A DNA stretch of 62,998 nucleotides, the filler included, from Octopus bimaculoides (taxonomy: Eukaryota): the NCBI RefSeq assembly GCF_001194135.2. It is 6 parts of 6 records of this genome, joined end to end, with 100 filler letters (N's around TTAATTAATTAA, not from the genome) between each part and the next. Parts side by side here need not be neighbours in the genome. Positions count along the whole stretch, not along the records: positions 22,825 to 34,547 come from NC_068986.1; positions 34,648 to 56,587 come from NC_068982.1; 4 more parts are not named here. One strand, given 5' to 3'. The position numbers and the translations under genes were made by a program. Numbering within the stretch: position 1 is the stretch's first letter; each line of letters begins with the position of its first letter. A model generated the notes under the pieces. That model worked only from the letters and a program-made list of their open reading frames with translations. It was not told the origin of the DNA and did no database searches. Positions 25,190-36,684 of this stretch are shown in pieces.

Positions 25190-25398
25190 TGGCGCCTGTG
25201 AAACCTTCGTTGTGGCTGTTGCCAGTGTCATGTAAATGGTACCCGTGCTGGTAGTACATAAAAAGCACCCATTATACTCTTGGAGGGTTGGCGTTATGAA
25301 GGACATCCAGCCATAGAAACGTGCCAAATCAGACTGGAACTTGGTGCAGCTTAGCCATGCCAGCTTGGAAAGTAGTTGTTAAATGATGGTGATGATGA
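25190..25398 (+). mobile_element. 3' terminal fragment of an RTE-type element ending in a GAT-repeat-like tail
   Basis: Shares the CGTGCTGGTAGTACATAAAAAGCACC motif with the RTE 3' UTR motif ATGCCGGTGGCACGTAAAAAGCACC at about 28854-28878. Confidence 0.6.
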
Positions 25399-25595
25399 AT
25401 ATCCTCTCCCATCCTTTGGTTGTCTCCCATGAACACTTCTAAAGGCTTTACACCATCCTCACCCTTACTTAGGGTTTATCTCCTATGTAAGGTAGTGATC
25501 ATATAGTGCCAGAATATGATAGTGTAGTGTATGCAGGTTGAATTGAAGGCTATTGTTTGTTTATGAATTCCGCCGAATGCGAGCTTTCTTTTCAG

Positions 25596-28500
25596 GTACA
25601 TGATGCTGCTGTCCCCTGTCCCAGGGTTTCACGGGCCCACACCTCCTACACCCTCAGGGTTGGCACTCTCAACGTTGGCACACTGAAAGGTAGGTCTGGT
25701 GGGATTGTTGAGATGCTTGAACGGAGATGTGTCGATATCTGCTGCCTCCAAGAAGTAAGGTAGAGAGGAAGTTCCGCTAGGTTCCTCACAGGCAAAGAAC
25801 ACAGGTACAAGATTTTCTGGGCAGGGAACAAGACGGGGTCGGGGGCATGGATATACTTCTTGTGGAGAAATGGATGGATAAAGTAGGTAGTCAGAGTATG
25901 CGATGCAATAGAATACTTAAGATTAGATTAGTGCTTCATTATGGGTTAGCAACCATTATCTCAGCCTATGGACAAAAAGACCGATTTTATGACACCCTCT
26001 TGCAGACTACCTCTGTGACGAATGACAGGGACCTTCTCTTTGTGGCTGGTGACTTCAATGGACATGTTGGACAACATACAGGGGGCTTCCATGGCGTACA
26101 TGGAGGCTATGGTTTTGGTTCCCGCAATGAGGAGGGAACCAGACTGCTGGAGTTCTGCGATGCAAATGATCTTATGGTTTGCAACACTAACTTCAGGAAA
26201 CTTGCCAGTCACCTACTCACCTACCGTTTTGGCAGACACACTAGCCAAATTGACTGCATCTTTGCCAGTAAAAGGGAAAGATGGCTGCTTATAAATGCCA
26301 AAACCTTCACAGGCGAAGAATGTACCCCACAACATAGACTGGTAGTTACTGACTTCAAGATCAGGGCTAAGTGGTTGCCCAGAAGATGACCAGCATGGAG
26401 GAGAAGGGTCTGGAAGCTTAAAGATCCTGCGAATGGACAGATTTAGAGACATATTTCTCGAAGCCTTTGACGAAATAGAAGGGGATATAGCTTCACAAAA
26501 GGTAGAAGACAACTGGAGGTTTCTATGGGACAACCTGCTGAGGGCCAGTGACCAGATATGTGGATGGTGCAAAGTCACCTCTCAACCCAAAATAATGTGG
26601 TGATGGAACAATGTTGTTGACAGGGCTGTTAGAGAAAAGAAACAGGCTTGGAAGGACTGGAAGAATGGTGGTAGCAGGGAATTGTATCAGACTGCCAGAA
26701 GGAAAGCTAGGAGACAGGTTTATTTAGCCGGAGAGGAAGCAGATAAGAAAAAATTTGCCAATGTTCTGTGCTATGAGGACCAAAGACTTGAGGTTATTCA
26801 TGTTGCAAGATAGTGTGTGAGAGAGAATCGTGATGTCATAAGAGAGAAATGTGTCCGCATGGATGGTGGTTCATTTGCACTAAACAAGGCTGCAGAGAGA
26901 GAGAGGTTTGGAGATGCCATTATGAAAGGTTGCTCAATAAAGAGAATGAATGGGAGAAAGAGAGTCTGCTGAATGTCAACCCAACAGAGGGACCAGCTAT
27001 CCGAGTTGACAGTACTATGGTAGATAAAGCAAGAGTATGAAGACAGGGAAAGCCCCCAGCCCATCAGGAATCCCTGCAGAGATGCTCAAAATATCTGGCA
27101 GTGTTGGCTATAGCCTAGTCACCCATATAGTTAACCAGGTGATACACGAAGGAGTCATACCCAATGACTTGTGTAGCAGCACCATAGTCACCTGCTACAA
27201 AGGAAAAGGTGATGTTTAAGATACAAATAATTTTCAGAGGTATCAAGTCGTTGGATCAAGTAATGAAGGTCATGGAGAGGGTCATAGCCCAACTAATTAG
27301 GGAGAGAGTCAGTTTAGATGAAATGCAATTTGGGTTCTTGCCAGGGAAAAGCACTACTGATGCTATATTTCTGGTAAGACAGCTGCAGGAGAAATACCTA
27401 GCCAAAGATAAACCTCTGTACCTGGCTTTCGTTGACATTGAGAAAGCTTTTGACAGGGTCACCCGATCCCTTATCTGGTGGTCAATGAGAAAACTAGGGA
27501 TAGATGAATGGTTAGTGAGAGCTGCACGAGCCATGTACAGAGATGCTGTCAGTAAGGTGAGGGTTGACAACGAGTTCAGTGAAGAATTCCGGGTAGAGGT
27601 AGGGGTCCACCAAGGTTCAGTCCTCAGCCCCTTCCTATTTATCATAGTCCTCCAGGCAATAACACAGGAATTCAAGACGGGATACCTCTGGGAGCTCCTC
27701 TATGCTGATGACCTTGCACTAATTGCTGAGTCACTATCAGAACTAGAGAAGTTTCAGGTGTGGAAGCAAGGACTAGAATCAAAGGGCCTTAGAGTCAACC
27801 TAGCTAAAACCAAAGTTCTAATAAGTAGGAAGGCAGACAAACCACAAACCCCTTCAGGCAGATGGCCCTGCTCGATCTGTAGAAAAGACGTAGGTAGAAA
27901 TTCTATAAGATGTACCCAGTGTAAGCTATGGACATATAAAAGGTGCAGCAATATCAAAGGAAGGTTAACTAGGAAGATAGTTTTTGTATGTGGCAAATGC
28001 TCAGAAGCAATAAACACTGAAAATGTGCAGAAAACAACTTCTGTCACATTCCAGGGAGAAAAAACTAGAAGTAGTTGATAGCTTCCATGACCTAGGTGAC
28101 CAAGTCAGCAGCTGGGGAGGGTGCGCTGAAAGTGTAGCTGCTAGAATAAGAATAGCTTGGGCAAAGTTCAGAGAACTCTTACCTCTGCTGGTGACAAAGG
28201 GCCTCTCGCTCAGAATAAAAGGCTGACTGTATGACGCATGTGTACGAACAGCCATACTACATGGCAGTGAAACAGGGGCCGTGACAGCTGAGGTCATGCA
28301 TAAGAAACGAAGCCAGTATGCTCCGATGGATGTGTAATGTCAGTGTGCATACTCAACAGATTGTAAGTACCTTGAGAGAAAAGTTAGACCTAAGAAGCAT
28401 CAGTTGTGGTGTGCAAGAGAGACAATTGCACTGGTATGGTCATGTGGCGAGAATGGATGAGGATAGCTGCATGAAAAAGTGCCGCACCCTAGTGGTTGAG

Positions 28501-28975
28501 GGTACCTGTGAAAGAGGTAGACTCTTGAAGACCTGGGATGAGGTGGTGAAGCATGACCTTCGGACATTAGGCCCCACCGAGGCAATGACTAGTGACTGAG
28601 ACCTTTGGAAATATGTTGTGCGTGAGAAGACCCGGCAAGCCAGGTGAGACCATAATCCGTGGCCTTTGCCAGGAGTGTAGCCAGCCCACTTATGCATACC
28701 TTTCCTTCATTGGACACTAAACTCTGCTCGCGAAGACCTGTTGAGGCAAGTGAAATCAAAATCGAACCAAATGCGATGACTGGCACCTGTGCCAGTGGAG
28801 CGCTAACAGCACCATTCAAGTGTGATCATTGCCAGAGCAGCTGTCTGGCTTCCATGCCGGTGGCACGTAAAAAGCACCTTTTGAGCGTGATTGTCACCAG
28901 CGTCGCTTTATTGGCACTTGTACCTGTGGCACATGAAAAAACATTCGAGCCGGGTCGTTGTCAGTGCCGCAGTTC
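25596..28975 (+). mobile_element. RTE-clade LINE, near full-length but inactivated (APE endonuclease, RT, 3' UTR)
   Basis: GTLNVGTL, DICCLQEVR, VAGDFNGHVG, QFGFLPGKSTTDAIF, AFVDIEKAFDRV, GVHQGSVLSP, LLYADDL, WYGHVARM; ORF runs about 25596-28600 with stops and frameshifts. Confidence 0.95.
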
Positions 28976-28981
28976 AATAAA

Positions 28982-29279
28982 CAGGGGTTTTCAAACTTTT
29001 TGACTTGCGGACCCCCTTATATTTCAAGGCTTTACCTTAGGGACCCCCTTATAAACGCTTATGAAATTTATACATAAATATTTGCTTAAAATAACATATA
29101 TTTTTACATTTATTTATTTAACAGTATTTAACAAATAGGTTTATTGTCAATTAAAAGATTTCGATTAAAAAACATATATAAAATCAAATTGCCCATAAAA
29201 AGTATTTGCTGTCCACGGACCCCCTGTCTTGGCCTTGCGGACCCCCTGTGGTCCGGGGACCACAGTTTGAAAACCCCTG
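28982..29279. mobile_element. hAT (Charlie-like) MITE, 298 bp
   Basis: Perfect 16-bp TIR CAGGGGTTTTCAAACT; internal GGACCCC repeats; no clear 8-bp TSD. Confidence 0.9.
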
Positions 29280-29619
29280 CCATAACTGAAGCAAATAAAC
29301 GGTAAAAGATTTTTCTTTTAGATTTATTTTATTAAGTTATTATGCTTCAAGTCAGTTCTCATCATCAGGGCTATGATAAAAGAGGTTCCTGATGAGGCCA
29401 TCCTATCTTTTTTTTTTTTTTGCTATAGATATAATGTACTTAGGATTACGTTATCAAATAAATCCTTTCCTTTTTATCAAGACGGCAGAGCATTATTTCA
29501 GATAGATTTGACTGCTATTTCTAGCAGATTGAGTGACTCTATGGAGGCTTCGATATTCCTTTTTATTTAATTATTTGTTTTTTTGTTTAACCAACGGTCT
29601 CCATACTCAGCTGTTCTTG

Positions 29620-29690
29620 GAGTGGATGAATAGTTTCGTCGACGACGTAGTTGTCCAATCAGTCATCGTCTAGGTGTGACGTCAGAAAAA
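29620..29690 (+). promoter_or_regulatory. Putative proximal promoter of MAD2L1BP
   Basis: CCAAT at 29655-29659, perfect CRE TGACGTCA at 29677-29684 and a CpG cluster, about 70-100 nt upstream of the ATG across a 10-N gap. Confidence 0.55.
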
Positions 29691-29756
29691 NNNNNNNNNN
29701 TTACTTACTACGGTTAAAAATTGCAAAAGAAGTAAAACCCCGGTAAACTTGAAATT

Positions 29757-29939
29757 ATGGCTTGTAGATCAGCTGTACATCCAAACTCTGTCGTCTGTGA
29801 TATACCTTTTAAAGGAACCATAGACACAGAAATTAGGGCTTATTTGCTTAACGAACTCATCAAATATATTTTATATGAGAAAAGCCAAATGCCTGAGATG
29901 TTTGACCAACTCAAGAAACATATCAATGTTCGTGGTAAA
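29757..29939 (+). CDS. MAD2L1BP: First coding exon of MAD2L1-binding protein (p31comet, HORMA-like fold); downstream exons not identified
   Basis: CDIPFKGTIDTEIRAYLLNELIKYILYEKSQMPEMFDQLK aligns by eye with human VPVVFPGPVSQEGCCQFTCELLKHIMYQRQQLPLPYEQLK (recalled); GTACGT donor at 29940, alternative GTAAAG at 29935. Confidence 0.8.
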
Positions 29940-31135
29940 GTACGTATATACATACATGTAATTATTGTTTGGAATATTGGAAGTTTTTTATTCCTATTTT
30001 CGTTTGTTTTTCTTTATAAAGTTTAATATTAATTTTAGTAATATATATATAGTTTATAATGTTGAAGCATGCTTATTTCTTAAAATAACAACGTGACTTT
30101 TCCCTCTGTTGAAGTATTTAAAAGTTTTCGTGTTTTTTTTGTTTTTGTTTTTTACTTCAGGCCAATATATAAACATTTTTTAAAATACATCAAAAAATAA
30201 ATATCACGATTAGTTATTTTTACATTTAAACCGAGTATTGTCGGCAAATAAAATAAACACACTCGACTGAATAGGAAACCGAATCTACGGTTCTATATAA
30301 CACTAACCGAAAAATAATTTACTTTTACATAGTATTTTTTGAAATTATTAATTGTCAACGTAGGAGTCTGTACGTGGTCGTTCGATCTGCTAGAAAGAAA
30401 CACCAGGAAGGATACAATGTAGTCTAAGGTACAACATTTTCGAAATAGGGAGTCGGCTGGCTACAAAAGAAAATAAATAAAATAAAATAAAAAGACGGGA
30501 GGATTACGACTGGAAAGCTTTTACAAAAGACGGGAATTAGGAAGACAACGGATTGTCCAGTCTTAAAAATATTCAACTTTTTAAAGGGAGAGCTACCCCC
30601 ACCCCTTTGAAACAGTACATTTTAAAACAAGTAATTAAAATAAGATTTTAATTTCGTCCCCATAATCGTAGCCCTAACTCCTAGAACTTTGTTTCCTTTA
30701 ACATTTAAAAAAAATAAAACCTTGCATGTATATAGGAATCAACAGACTTCCTATTTTGAAAAATTTCTGGTTTTGAGCTCAAGTTCCTGGATATCCAAAG
30801 ACAGGATGTTCATGGCTTTAATCACAGCTCTGCTCGACCTGGAGATAAACAAGTCAACGTAAGACTTTAATTTGAGTTCAGCTTTAATAATTATGTGGAT
30901 TCTTGTTTAAAAGTAAATTTTCCCTGTCACCTCGATATGCAAAGTTTGTTGCCATAGCAAATATCAGTTCATGTAGTCTTTATCACTCTCTACGAGCACA
31001 ATCAATCCCAAATACTGAGATACATCCAAAAAGACTTTGCTGCTTCCTCTAGAAAACACAACAGCAACAGTGAGAAAATGGCCCTCCCCTGCAATAACTA
31101 TTGGTCCGGTCCTTTCAAAAGAAATGTAACACCAT

Positions 31136-31807
31136 TGTAGCGGGCTGGATGTGTTGTGCCATATCAATTCGATATGATGTAGCGTGTAGATGTAACGCTT
31201 CAAGGTTCTCGCATCGGAGTAACCAGTAAACATCGAAGAATCGACACTAAGAAGGAAGAAATATTATTTACATATGTTTATTTGTTTGCCCGACAGGTAG
31301 TTAAAGAGATAGTAGCAATTCTAGTGATAGTGACCAGAAGGATGGCTCACTGGTTAGTAGTTGATAGTGTAGAAAAAGGTGGTCTGTCGGTAGAGAGTGA
31401 AAGAGTAAGGAATGCACAGCGCTGACTAGAAAGGATAAAGGCGGCATCGTCTTTCTTGCGGCCGAAAGCCTCTCTTCGCATGTCGAGCGAAGGGCAAAGG
31501 GAAGTGCTGTTCTTGGTTAAAGCTGACGCAAAAGAGCGTGTTGTTCCTTGGTCATAAGAAGAAGAGATAGGAAATTCTCTGTTATATAGGCTATGGTCAG
31601 TAATGCAGGTCAGTCCTTAAGCAAAGGACTGATTTTTCCTTGACCAGCACAGGTCTTAGGGGGTCGAGTATTTCCTCATCAATCGCCTGGTGTGGAGAGG
31701 ATTTCCTGCTTGTTTTGATAAGCAACAAGCAGGTGGATTTAGTTTCAAATCCCAGGCAGGGGTCAAGCTAGATCCTCACACCATTCAGCATGACTGGCAT
31801 AACTACA
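31136..31807 (-). mobile_element. LTR (672 bp), probably a 5' LTR with a primer-binding site
   Basis: TGTAG...CTACA termini; TATATAA and AATAAA on the minus strand; followed by A-TGGTGTTAC; second copy at 56689-57054; no TSD or PPT. Confidence 0.85.
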
Positions 31808-31823
31808 GATTTCGGTAAATTTT

Positions 31824-32386
31824 GATCCTGTCACCTGCGTGATTTTCACTAAGAAAAATAACAAAAAGAAAAAACTCGGATTTTTTGCATGGAATCAAGT
31901 ACCCTGACCTCCTAATATGCTGCAAACTCCTTATTTTTGTTTGGAGAAAAAAGCGGTGTGGGAGGGGGGGGACCCATATCCTGGAATCCTTGGAAATTTT
32001 TTTTTCGTTGAATGAATTTCCAGTGACCTAATATGCTACAAAACCATTTTTGGGGTCTGGAAAACGGGGTGGGATGAAGTGGAAGCCTCGGAAATTTCAC
32101 CCCCACCCCTATTGATCTTTTCACCTGCACGATTTTCACTGAGAAAAAAAAAGAAACTCTGATATTTTGCATGGAATCAAGTACCTAATATGCAATATAC
32201 CCCTTATTTTTATTTGGAAAAACAAAGGGTGGGACCAAACCCCCACCATCTTGGAATCATTGGAAATTTTTTGTTTTTCGTTGACTGAGTTCCGGTGACC
32301 TCCTAATAGGCTACAAAACTCTGTTTTGGGTCCGGAAAATGAGGTTGGGTGGGTGAAACCCTCGGCAATTTCATCCCTACCCCTAT
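31824..32386. repeat. Tandem dimer with a period of about 290 bp and internal sub-repeats
   Basis: Units start at 31824 and 32114; GACCT(CCT)AATATGC sub-repeats. Confidence 0.85.
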
Positions 32387-32599
32387 TTTCAAATATTTTT
32401 TGCTCTTTTTCTTTACCCATAATTTTAGATGACATTTTGCAGAAATACGTTTTCAAGAGTGTGTGGATTACATTAGATTGAAAATTCCAAGAAGTTTGAA
32501 ATGAATAAGTGAAAATGCAGAAGTTAGTGGTACCGAAGTCAGTGGACAGATAATGAATGACAAATAATTATTCTAAAATAACAACAAGCTTTATAACCC

Positions 32600-33900
32600 C
32601 ATTCACCACCATTCAATTGTTGTATAAAGTGTGTTAATATACATATATTTAGCATTTGTACATAATATAATGATTTCATTTCAGAAAAATATTTAGCCAT
32701 TATTTACTTTAATGATATTTTTGAGTCTGATTTGATTTCTCCAAGCTTGGAGTTGAATTATTTACTGAGAGCAACAGAGAATTCTTTGAATTTGAATCGA
32801 TCAGTTGTAACCTCATTTCATGAATGAAGATAGTTGTTCACATCTGTATGTCATTCCAAAGCAACAGATGCAACTTGGTGGATAATTTTTTTTATTCTGA
32901 AAAATTTGAACAGAAATTATTTGCATCAACAGCATTTATTTTCTTTTTCTTTGTCACTAATTAAAAACAGGTTGTAAATTTGAATATGTAGGCTTCTTTA
33001 GCAAAATCATGAAAAAAGCTTCCAAATGACTCCAAGTTTACAACACATTATTTATAACTGCCATTATTGCCTAAACATTCATTCTGCTTCTTTAAGTTTG
33101 GAAACTTGTTCAGACCCACATTTTCCAGTTGAGAGCTGAACAGTTTTCACCTTGAATCCATCATTATTAAGCTTTCCCTGTAGTTACAAAATCAAGTAGC
33201 CAGCTATCACATAACAGGACTCTTTCTTCAGACAGTTCATTTTTCTGTTTTGAAAATTTCCTCAGTTCTTTTAGAAAACCAGCCCTTCTCACAATGGGCA
33301 AAATTACCCTATTCTAAATCTAAAATCCCATAACATGCTATTTAAAATTTTCTGACATAATGACACATGGTGTATAATGCTGTGATATGTTGGTAGTGAT
33401 TGATCTGAAAAGTTTTCAAGTTGTAATCTCTTCAGTTTTACAAATCAATGACAGAACTCCAGTACAATTAACAATGTGTTTATTGAAATTTATTTGTAGA
33501 GTTTTCAATCAGACTTCATTTTATCAAATATTTTTGATAGTATTGTTTTTCTATGAAGTGACACAAGAGTGACAAGTTCTTTAAACATGTTAGAATTGCC
33601 ATAAATTCTTCTTAAAATGCTTAACTAGCTTATGTCCTTAGATCCAAACCTGGGAACTGCTTTGCCTTTTCCTTGGATTAAGTCTTTAAAAAAAATGGAT
33701 CAGACATATGCTATACATGACCCATCTTCTCCATGTTTGTAGCCTTATGATGGTGTAACATATTGAGGTTATAATTAAAAACCTAAGCAGATCATGATGC
33801 CAAAGATACCCCCATTCAGCTTAGTCAATAATATTGCTAATCCTGTCGGGAGAGACATGATTGTCATGCACTCATTTTCACTTGTCATCTCTTATATAAT
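32600..33900 (-). pseudogene. Decayed hAT transposase of the Charlie/SPIN/GTF2IRD2 type; boundaries approximate
   Basis: Peptides LCDSWLLDFV and CFGMTYRCEQLSSFMK resemble the WLxDLAF and FGSTYxCEQxFSxM motifs; many stops. Confidence 0.55.
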
Positions 33901-34177
33901 GAAAAAACAAATGTGAACATAAGAAAACCAAAAGAGCATTGTGTAACTATCTCTTAAAATAATTTGAAAATTTCAACAGCTGAGTCATATTACTTAAGTA
34001 ATTCTTTTCTACAAGGATGAACTTAATTGTTCTTTAATGACGCACATGCAAAGCCACACCTAAAATAAGGTCAATCAACCAAATGACAAAGATTCACTCA
34101 CATAACTCTGTCACTGCCATCAACAGAAATGTAGTGAACTTCATTGGCTCCTTGGAAATTTGTAACCAACCAAGTCA

Positions 34178-34205
34178 TCTATATATATATAAAAATGAGA
34201 ATGTG

Positions 34206-34236
<31 letters not shown>

Positions 34237-34647
34237 GTGAATCCCTAAAACTCGAGAACTACGCAACCAATTTCATTCAAATTTTACACATGCCTTACTT
34301 AGGGTTCCAGTTGTGTTTTAGTAAAAAAAAAAATTATTAACTTCTTGCAGAGTTCGAGCACACGGCAACATAATATCTCCTCCACTATTTAAGTATTACG
34401 TGCCAAAAGTGAAACAAAAACACTCATGTCAAATACTTTCATTTTAAAAATGAAACTATTCCACTAACTGAAACAATTTCATTTCGATACTGTAGTGACA
34501 GATACTTTCACAGAGAGAGAAAGAGAGAGACAAAAAGAGAGAGATGTNNNNNNNNNNNNNNNNNNNNNNNNNNNNNNNNNNNNNNNNNNNNTTAATTAAT
34601 TAANNNNNNNNNNNNNNNNNNNNNNNNNNNNNNNNNNNNNNNNNNNN

Positions 34648-34695
<48 letters not shown>

Positions 34696-35200
34696 ATATA
34701 CACACACATAGAAGAAGACGCTGCATCGCTAACATAATGTAGTTCATCTCATTTTCTTAGGTGTGCATGCACAGTGAGTGTAGTCAGTTGCTTCATTTTT
34801 CTCCCTGCTAGCATTACTTTCTGTGACGTGTCTGTGACAAAACTTTCATCGATTCAGGGTGTACAAATGCTCACTGTAATGGGAGATAACAGCCAGTATT
34901 CAAGCACTTCGTTTACACACACGATAGTCTGCCATAAAAGCAGACTCCTTTACATTACGTACATATCTCTTTCTTATAAACTTGCAATTTTAGTGGCATT
35001 GTGTAAAGAAACAAAGTCGCTTTACAATGATTTTGGTCTCCCTTTAAAAATAAAGTTTTGGGTAGTCCTTGAGCAATTTATACTCATCTTAGAGCTACAT
35101 CGCCCAAGGAAATACTCAGCATGCGGCACAAATCTATAATTAGCTATTTACTCAGCGCATGTACTGTTAAGTAAACTGTACAGGCCAGTGAGTTGTTAAT
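34178..35200 (+). mobile_element. Non-autonomous Helitron-like element; 3' end uncertain
   Basis: A|TC start, TCTATATATATATAAAAATGAGAATGTG followed by (TCTG)n, typical of Helitron 5' ends; no clear 3' hairpin-CTAG seen. Confidence 0.55.
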
Positions 35201-36634
35201 ATAAACATCTATAAACTATCCATTTTCTTAACGGGTGATGTTTAGGTATTCTTTAAAGTCAATTAGAAAATGCCTCAAGCAATCGAATGTTCTTTGCTAA
35301 GGAAGAGAAAATCAAAATCTACACAAAGAGTATAAAATTGCATATTTGGCACTTTTGTCCCAAAACAGAAGTGTACTGCAATTCTTTTAAACGTATATTT
35401 GTGTGCGTGTGTATATATACACACATAGAAAATGACACCTCTTCGCTAACATAATGTAGTTTATCAAATTTTATATATATATATATNNNNNNNNNNNNNN
35501 NNNNNNNNNNNNNNNNNNNNNNNNNNNNNNNNNNNNNNNNNNNNNNNNNNNNNNNNNNNNNNNNNNNNNNNNNNNNNNNNNNNNNNNNNNNNNNNNNNNN
35601 NNNNNNNNNNNNNNNNNNNNNNNNNNNNNNNNNNNNNNNNNNNNNNNNNNNNNNNNNNNNNNNNNNNNNNNNNNNNNNNNNNNNNNNNNNNNNNNNNNNN
35701 NNNNNNNNNNNNNNNNNNNNNNNNNNNNNNNNNNNNNNNNNNNNNNNNNNNNNNNNNNNNNNNNNNNNNNNNNNNNNNNNNNNNNNNNNNNNNNNNNNNN
35801 NNNNNNNNNNNNNNNNNNNNNNNNNNNNNNNNNNNNNNNNNNNNNNNNNNNNNNNNNNNNNNNNNNNNNNNNNNNNNNNNNNNNNNNNNNNNNNNNNNNN
35901 NNNNNNNNNNNNNNNNNNNNNNNNNNNNNNNNNNNNNNNNNNNNNNNNNNNNNNNNNNNNNNNNNNNNNNNNNNNNNNATATATATATATATATATATAA
36001 CATTTGATAAATACAATATAGGTTTTAATGTTCTACTATTAATTTCATGTGATGAGAGCATGCTGGACAGTTTGTTTTTATCACATTTTGTATCCAAGCA
36101 TAATCATCAGGCACTGCCCGCGTGGTAGTGTCTGAAGTTTGTGCTAGGACACTAAATAATATTTATCGCTCACCAGATGGAGAATAGGTGATTGACCTAA
36201 CGTGCAGTGTATCCTAACTTATTTTATTTGAGTCTGTATCATTTGTTGCCTCGACAAAGCATATTAACCGCTTATCAGCTCCGAAAATTTCTATGCCCAC
36301 CTGTCCAAAATCATCAGCAGTCTTGTACGATTGCGCTTTGAGTGTACTTGCTAAGGTATCCACCCTAGACTGTCGTTATCACTCTTAATCTTTCTGTGTC
36401 AGATGAGTTCAAATTTCATAAACAACAGCTAGATCCGTGCAATTGTCGAATGGTATTAAAAAATCCCCTTGGGTATGAACGTAAACAAACCGAGAGGATA
36501 CACGAAAAGGAGACGAAAATATTTAGACGAAGAAATACATGTATATATGTATCTGTATGTATGCATGAAGTATATATATACATATATATGTATGTATGTA
36601 TGCATGTATGAATGTATGTATATATACGTATATA

Positions 36635-36684
<50 letters not shown>

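Noticed and set aside
28974-29287. 8-bp TSD for the Charlie-like MITE
   Set aside because: The flanks TCAATAAA and CCATAACT match at only 3/8, so no TSD is claimed.
29389-29470. CTGATGAGGCC hammerhead-like start
   Set aside because: No matching stem II partner or GAAA downstream.
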